DNA of 44,268 nt, counting the filler, from Catajapyx aquilonaris (lineage: Eukaryota): the NCBI GenBank assembly GCA_000934665.2. It is 2 parts of 2 records of this genome, joined end to end, with 100 filler letters (N's around TTAATTAATTAA, not from the genome) between each part and the next. Parts side by side here need not be neighbours in the genome. Positions count along the whole stretch, not along the records: positions 22,284 to 44,268 come from JYFJ02005936.1; 1 more part is not named here. One strand, written 5' to 3'. Shown here piece after piece: positions 37,950 to 44,268 of the stretch. Numbering within the stretch: the stretch's first letter is position 1; every line of letters begins with the position of its first letter. The position numbers and the translations under genes were made by a program. A model generated the notes under the pieces. It was not told the DNA's origin. It made no database searches and worked only from the letters and a program-made list of their open reading frames with translations.

Positions 37950-38369
37950 GTATTTGCACGTTAATTTAATTTATTTATTTTAATAGTAGAATGAATTTAT
38001 TATAAAGGGATCTGCTAATGCATCTGAAACTCATTTATTCTACGAAGTGGTTCACTCCAGAGTCCATATGACGGACAGTTATACACCCATACATGTGTGA
38101 CACGCTTGGCTGGAGTATGTGCTAAATTTATTCATGGATTCCATGTAGATACAGGGTGAACACACTAACGATCCTACTGATATTCATTGAATGAAATTTT
38201 TGTGGAGTATGAATTGCTAAATTATTGCAAAGTATTCTGACGCAAGAAACTGTTGTCATTGAATTGAGAATAGTAACACATTTATGACCCTGGTGTGGTT
38301 AAGGCAGACAGAAAGCAAAATTTTGTGTTATTGGATTGTGCACTTGTTTGTCAATTTGTGCCATTGTCT

Positions 38370-38552
38370 TACATCAATTGATCAGTTTGAACATGTTTGA
38401 AGCAACAATGACATTTCTTTTTCTTCATCATTTCCGCATCGAATGCGATTCAATGCTGATGGAGTTGTACATGTACATCTTTCTGCTGAAATTCTCATCC
38501 TGCTAACCCCATTGAAATATTAAGAAATGTCCAAAGTTTTGGTCTCACCTCA
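38370..38552 (-). pseudogene. Ionotropic receptor pseudogene (scrambled 3' remnant)
   Basis: Minus-strand pieces GETKTLDI, WG*QDENFSRKMYMYNSISIE and AFDAEMMKKKKCHCCFKHVQT match the C-termini of the two neighbouring IRs. It has a premature stop and deletions. Its downstream flank (38080-38380) matches the flanks of the intact IRs. Confidence 0.8.
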
Positions 38553-39164
38553 GTTTGTTTCGATATGAGCTTAATTTGTCGCTCGAGAAATCAAAAAGAC
38601 TGTATTCGGTCTCGAGCCAAACCCACTCAATCGTACCTGGAGATACCGCTGCAATCCTAACCTGTAGGTGCTGGAAGCAATTGGTCTTTACACCACAAAC
38701 ATTGTTGTTGATGATGCACATGAAAAGTAGCCTCATACAAACAAACCTGCCGTAGGAAAGTTTCACTTGTTCAGCCTCCCAGTGTGTCACATCTTGAATG
38801 AGAATTTTCGCCATGCCTATCCCCTCCAGAAGCCCAGATCTTACATTTTTGTGGAGATAGATGTATGGTGAAAATAATCGGTATCTCCATCACCTATGGG
38901 AAAAGATTGCAACGGTGATGCCAGGCATATTTCTGAGCTGGTTAGGTGATGGCGGTATAGGTACACTGCGGTGAAGTTCTCATTGCTTAGATTCTAGGTG
39001 GCTGGGGGTGGATGGGTTAATCGATTCATCAAGAGAGAGAGAAATCAGTGCCTCAAAGGCAACGTCTGTTGTAAATATTTTTAGGCACTGAAAAGAAATT
39101 TGGACACAATGGATTTGGGCGAGATCTACAACAATTACAACAAAATTCCATCGAATTCATGCAT

Positions 39165-39435
39165 TCAACAGTATGAGATCGACCTAAGACATGCACGAGT
39201 AGGCAGAAAAACAACCACTCGCGCAGAGGAACCATACCAGAGTGCATATGTTCGTAAGCTGCATTGTGAAGTACAGATAACAGGACTCATCGTTACTTCT
39301 CTCTTTCAGACCGGAATTTTCCCAACTACGGCTTCAACAAGGAGCAAGTTTGCAGCTGGATTCGATGAATGCATCTACCGTCATCTGGTGCTTGACAGGA
39401 GGGTGAAGCTTCTGGCCCCACAGTACAACTCACAG
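39165..39435 (+). pseudogene. Decayed C2H2 zinc-finger gene fragment, copy 2
   Basis: 56-bp intron at 39254-39309. Reads ECIYRHLVLDRRVKLLA[+1 nt]HSTTH: both His ligands are kept after a frameshift and the second Cys is lost. Confidence 0.55.
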
Positions 39436-40066
39436 CCGGTGGCCATTATGCTGCACCTTTGGCAACGAGGAAGAATCTGCAAGATCGAAAAGAAGAAACA
39501 CACTGGTGTAGGAATTTTTAATGTGAGTTCATCCCATAAGTTGTACATGGAATTTCAGGGCAAATCACTATGGGTGGGAATTTTTGTCTCACCGCTAGTT
39601 ACTGCAAACGTAGCAGCACCCAAATGCACTGCACTAGTACAAGTAAATGGTGTGAAAAAAAATGTGGGATTATGTTGTAAGGGCAACAATGCTTCATAGT
39701 GCTAATTAATTTTATATGGGATTAACTAATGCATTGGGGAAAACACCTAGCTTTGAACTATCGAATATTTAACTCCAGATGACTGACAGTTGAGATACAC
39801 CCATACATTTGTGACACGGTTGGCCGGAATATGTGCTACATATATTAATGGCTTCCAGGTAGATACAGGGCGGACGCACTAATGATCCTGCTGATAAGTA
39901 TTTGTACAGTATGTGCCATATGGATTGCTGAATTATTGCAGGTATTCTGACGCAAGAAAGCGTTGTCATGGAATTAAGAATAGTAACACATTGATTAACC
40001 TGGTGTGATACAAAGTCGAATTTCGTTTTCATCAAATCGTGCCATTTGTTACAGCAATTGATCAGT

Positions 40067-41935
40067 TTAAGTATGTTTGAAGCAGCAATGGCGCTTCTTT
40101 CTCTTCACCATCACTTCCACAGCAAATGCAACTAATCCAGCCAGCAGTCCTTCCAACAATATTACAAATCCACCTTTCAGTATGTCCAGAGTCAACTTGG
40201 TCTTTCCTTCTCCGTGAGATGTGGCACAGTCCGCACGGTACTGCCCCATTTTCCTGGCAAAATTCAAGGACCTCTGGTGATGATACAAGCTCTCAATCCT
40301 TATGTCAATTCCGATGGAGTTGTACACGTGCATCTTCCTGTTGAAATTATCGGCTTGCAGTGCCCACTTTGGAAAAACCATCGACTCATATGTGGAAAAC
40401 AAGCTATAATCGGAAATACTGACCATGAGACCACCTTTGTCATCACGGAAATGTTCCTCAGCCACATGCAGCACTTTGTACACTGGTGCAATGCACACGT
40501 TATCACCTGTCAGAACCTTTTTGACACAATCGTAGTCAGTGCCCACACCCTCTGCTTCACTAATAACATACGCCAGTTCATCATCCATTGATGGATCTGT
40601 TAAGTCCACAATGTATTCAATCGTGTCTATTGAGACCTGATTAATGAATGCCTTGAAACCACTGTCTCGTATTTGCTTCACATCTTTTGGCAGCTGTTCC
40701 TTTGGTGGTGCAAGCAGCAGAGAGAGGACTTTTCCATCGTATGCCACCGCTATGTAGAAGGCAAATATGGCCCAAAACACATACACAACCCGCCTGGACG
40801 AGCGTTTTGGCCACTCTCGATATTGGTCCACCAAAACCATTGCCATCTGGACAGCCTCAGACTTGAACTTCACGTTTTTGTCTAGTTCATCTCCAAAAGT
40901 ACCGCCAATTTTGCCAATTATTGTGGAAATCCCGGCTGTTACGAACACTGCAGCGCATATTGCAACCCAGCATATGACATCATATGCACTGAGGAGGACA
41001 AGGAATGTCACTTGCTCCTTTGGTTTCCGATGGGCGAACGTGACTCGTCCCTGGTAGTGGTACACTATGTAGTGAAACATTCGGAAACCCTGGGCTGTCA
41101 ATGGAAGAGAAGGTCCGAAATGGTATTTTTTTCCGAATTGCCTAAAAAACTTTACCATTTTCTTTGACACGTCCTTCAATTTCCATGTGAAATTAAGTGC
41201 ACCTTGCAAGTAGCAAATGTGCTGAATGTGTCTATCGGACCAATCAGCACAAGCGGATTGATTCAGGTTTCTCATATCAGCTCCAACAAGCTTCTTTCCA
41301 TTGAAGTTGTCGGTGTCAGCCAGTCTCATTGCTTTCAACAAATCTGATCCAACATGTTCAAGCTTTGGCTCACCATTGTCGCAATACAAACAGACAGTTC
41401 GTAGCGATATGTTTGACCTGCTTGAGTTGACATGGATCGCCACTTTAAACTTCAGCTTATTGAACGGTGATGTCAGGAGGTAGTTGCTGTTGGTGTCATT
41501 CCTAGCCCAAATGAAGAACGAGTCTTTGGCTGGACGGAGTGCCATCAACCCATTCTCATACATGTAATCCTCCAGAGTGGATTGCAGTCTCTGGATGCAT
41601 AATGTGAAGAAGTGTATGACGCATGCTGATCTGTCGGACGGATCAGGTTCATCCTCACTAGTGTCCCAATACTGATCAGAAACGCTGGTGCAGTTCAGAT
41701 ACGACCTTTTTTCTGTAGTTGCGACAAGCACTGGTCTTCCTAGTTGCTCCTGATTGACCAGAAGTTGTTGCAACCCTTGAGGGAATCCGTAGGCCACGTC
41801 ATGTCCCAGAACAAGCGGACAGTGCAGAGGAAAATGCTCAGTGTTTTGTAGCACGCTTGTTAAGTATTGGGACAGCTGATCAACTTGGTTGTGTCTCATT
41901 AGACTCATCAGCGCAAGGCTGATCATCCATGCCAT
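40067..41935 (-). CDS. Divergent ionotropic receptor (IR, iGluR-related chemoreceptor), intronless, 622 aa
   Basis: Longest ORF in the window. Hydrophobic N-terminus, M1 (LLSAYDVICWVAICAAVF), pore region (AMVLVDQ), M2 (SSRRVVYVFWAIFAFYIAVAYDGKVLSLLLAP), S2 (VFPKW...NFNRKM) and M3 (KLTLDILKGGFVILLEGLLAGLVAFAVE). This is typical divergent IR architecture. Confidence 0.88.
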   Translation of the reverse strand: MAWMISLALMSLMRHNQVDQLSQYLTSVLQNTEHFPLHCPLVLGHDVAYGFPQGLQQLLVNQEQLGRPVLVATTEKRSYLNCTSVSDQYWDTSEDEPDPSDRSACVIHFFTLCIQRLQSTLEDYMYENGLMALRPAKDSFFIWARNDTNSNYLLTSPFNKLKFKVAIHVNSSRSNISLRTVCLYCDNGEPKLEHVGSDLLKAMRLADTDNFNGKKLVGADMRNLNQSACADWSDRHIQHICYLQGALNFTWKLKDVSKKMVKFFRQFGKKYHFGPSLPLTAQGFRMFHYIVYHYQGRVTFAHRKPKEQVTFLVLLSAYDVICWVAICAAVFVTAGISTIIGKIGGTFGDELDKNVKFKSEAVQMAMVLVDQYREWPKRSSRRVVYVFWAIFAFYIAVAYDGKVLSLLLAPPKEQLPKDVKQIRDSGFKAFINQVSIDTIEYIVDLTDPSMDDELAYVISEAEGVGTDYDCVKKVLTGDNVCIAPVYKVLHVAEEHFRDDKGGLMVSISDYSLFSTYESMVFPKWALQADNFNRKMHVYNSIGIDIRIESLYHHQRSLNFARKMGQYRADCATSHGEGKTKLTLDILKGGFVILLEGLLAGLVAFAVEVMVKRKKRHCCFKHT

Positions 41936-42424
41936 TGTTACCCTCTCAGTTGATTCTGCTGATTACTAGTGAACTTTTGCCAGAACTTGGCCAGGATGCT
42001 CCACGTAGTATATTAATCACACTGATGGCGCATCCTCTCTCTCTGCACACTCCCGCCACCATGCATGTAGCTGAGTAGAGATGATGACTTGCCATGGACT
42101 AACAGTAGCACACCGTCAACTCTTCGCGTGACACCCTGCGACTGACTTGCTAAAATGTCTTCATGCCTGCATAATAATTCATAGGGGTTGGTGATGTACT
42201 TTGGCCTAAGATATGCGACAAGCTGAATGAGTGACATTCCTCTACCACACCCACACTGTTGTGGTATCGGCGAAATTGCCACATGAGATGTCACAAATGC
42301 TTCAGACTCTCACTAACGCTGTCATGGGGTATGCAAATGTGTTTGGGTGCTTTTTTAAAAAAAAAGGACTGCAATGTACTAGGCATGGCTCCACGAAAAT
42401 AATCTGGATTAACCAAAAAAAATT

Positions 42425-42720
42425 GCCATGAAGAATTCAACCATGTTTGATCGACTTAAGACGCATGCATGAGTAGGTAGAAAAGGGACCACTTGTGTAG
42501 AGAAACTGAACCCGAGTACATGTCTTTGTAAGCAGACGTCAACATTCATAGTTGCTTCTTTCTTTCAGATATCAATCTGCCCAACTACTGCTTCAACAAT
42601 GGTGCAAGTTTCCAGCTGACTTAAACATGTGTCCATGCTGCCATCTCGTGTTTGACAAGAAGGTGAAGCTGCTGGCCCAGAGCATGACTCACTGCAAGTG
42701 GGATGAGATCAAAGAAGAGA
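42425..42720 (+). pseudogene. Decayed C2H2 zinc-finger gene fragment, copy 3
   Basis: Upstream CHEEFNHV[fs]DRLKTH (C-x12-H), a shortened intron at 42528-42568, then CPCCHLVFDKKVKLLAQSMTH (first His to Gln). Confidence 0.55.
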
Positions 42721-43425
42721 AGGACATCGATGAGAGCAATGTGTGGGTATATATCGGTATAGGAATCAGGTTAATCAATGCACATAGAAGGTGTATGATG
42801 ATGAATACATTTTAGTGATTTTGCATCATGGTCAATTGACATGCGATTGTCGGTTTATTGCGGATTTGCAATCTTCCACATTCGAAGTGGTCACAGGAAG
42901 TGATTAGGACATGAATTTATTTACATCTTGATAATTATAGCCAGTGTGAGTAACACTCAGTTTTTGGATCCATATTATCACAAATAGGGACCTTTAACGA
43001 GGATGATGTGAAAAGTTTGGGATAATTTTGTAATAGGAAAAAAAGGTTCGTGTTAGGAAAAAATTTGTTTGGCCTAAATATGTGCAACTCTTTAGATGTG
43101 TGACACAGACTGCCAGTTATGAGGAACACCCATACATTTGTGCCACGTTTGGCCAGAACATGTGCTAAATTGATTCTCGGTGGATACAGGGTGGACACAC
43201 GAATGATCCTGCTGATAAGCATTAAACAGAGTGGTGACGTATGAGTTGCTGAACTATTGCAGGTATTCTGACACAAGAAACCGTTGTCGTGGAAATGAGA
43301 ATAGTGACACATTGATGGCCCTGGTGCGGTTTGAGGCAGGTTTAAGTTAGATATGAAGCAAAATTTTGCACTCGATGATTGTACATTTGCTTGTCAAATT
43401 TAACAAAATGCCATAGTGCAAATTC

Positions 43426-44268
43426 TTACAGCGATTTGACAGTTTGAGTACGTTTCAGGCAACAATGACATTTCTTTCTTTTCACCATCACTTCCATGGC
43501 AAATGCGATCAATCCTGCCAGGAGTCCTTCCAGCAGGATAGCAAATCCGCCTTTCAATATTTCCAGTGACAACTTGGTCTCTCCTTCTCTGTGAGACGTG
43601 GCACAGTACTGCCCCTTTTTAATGGCGAAATCCAACGACCTCTGGTGATTATACAAGCTCTTAATCCTTTGTTCTATGCCGATAGAGTTGTAGACATACA
43701 TCTTCCTGTTGAAATTATCGCCTTGCAATCCCCACTTTGGAAAAACCATCGAGTTATATACGGGAAACAAAGTGTAGTCTGAAATACTAACCATGAGACC
43801 ACCTTTGTCATCACGGAAATGTTCTTCCGCCACATGCAGCAGATTGTATGGTGATGAAAAGCACACGTTGTCGCCTGTTAGAACCTTTTTAACACAATCG
43901 TAGTGACTGTCCACACCTTCAGCTTCATTAAAAACATATGCCAAGTCATCATCCATTGATGTGTCCGTAAAGTCCAACAAATAATGAGCATAGTCTAGTT
44001 CAAACTGGTTAGCGAATATCTTGAACCTATTGTCTCGTATTTCCTTCACATCTTTGGGCAACTCTTCCTTGGGTGGTGCAAGCAGCAGAGAGAGCACTTT
44101 TCCTTTGTAAGCCACCAGAATGTAGAAGGCAAATATGACCCAGAAGACAAACACAACCCGTATCGAAGAGCGTTTTGGCCACTCTCTATATTGATCCACC
44201 AAAATCATTGCCATCCGGACAGCCTGAGACTTGAACTTCATGTTTTTGTCTAGTTCATCTCCAAAAGT
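43426..44268 (-). CDS. Divergent ionotropic receptor paralogue, 5' part outside the window
   Basis: The frame is open to the window edge (TFGDELDKNMKFKS...). Colinear with, and highly similar to, the C-terminal half of the 40067-41935 protein. Confidence 0.88.
   Translation of the reverse strand, partial: TFGDELDKNMKFKSQAVRMAMILVDQYREWPKRSSIRVVFVFWVIFAFYILVAYKGKVLSLLLAPPKEELPKDVKEIRDNRFKIFANQFELDYAHYLLDFTDTSMDDDLAYVFNEAEGVDSHYDCVKKVLTGDNVCFSSPYNLLHVAEEHFRDDKGGLMVSISDYTLFPVYNSMVFPKWGLQGDNFNRKMYVYNSIGIEQRIKSLYNHQRSLDFAIKKGQYCATSHREGETKLSLEILKGGFAILLEGLLAGLIAFAMEVMVKRKKCHCCLKRTQTVKSL

Noticed and set aside
39100..39699. 199-aa plus-strand ORF as a protein-coding gene
   Set aside because: It reads through an intron and changes register within the ZF relic, and the frame is not preserved in the two paralogous blocks.

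Overview
Eukaryotic, probably arthropod, genomic DNA. This is inferred from the divergent ionotropic receptor genes, the short 41-61 bp GT-AG introns and the mariner/MITE/SINE content. The window appears to be two contigs joined by an artificial 100-bp spacer (44N-TTAATTAATTAA-44N, 22184-22283). Left of the spacer (1-22183) I recognise no coding exon or transposon; it is rich in homopolymers and GA tracts and looks like a large intron or regulatory desert. Right of the spacer is dense in transposons: several foldback MITEs, two mariner transposase relics, a probable solo LTR, a ~180-bp tandem repeat and a tRNA-derived SINE with a 13-bp TSD. It also holds a disrupted gene for an MpaB'/DUF2236 (rubber-oxygenase-like) protein and a young 3.75-kb non-autonomous LTR element with identical 228-bp LTRs. 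The window ends in a tandem array of ~3.3-kb units. Each unit pairs an intronless divergent IR gene on the minus strand (one intact, one running off the window, one pseudogene) with a decayed C2H2 zinc-finger gene fragment on the plus strand. All protein family calls rest on motif recognition by eye, not database searches.
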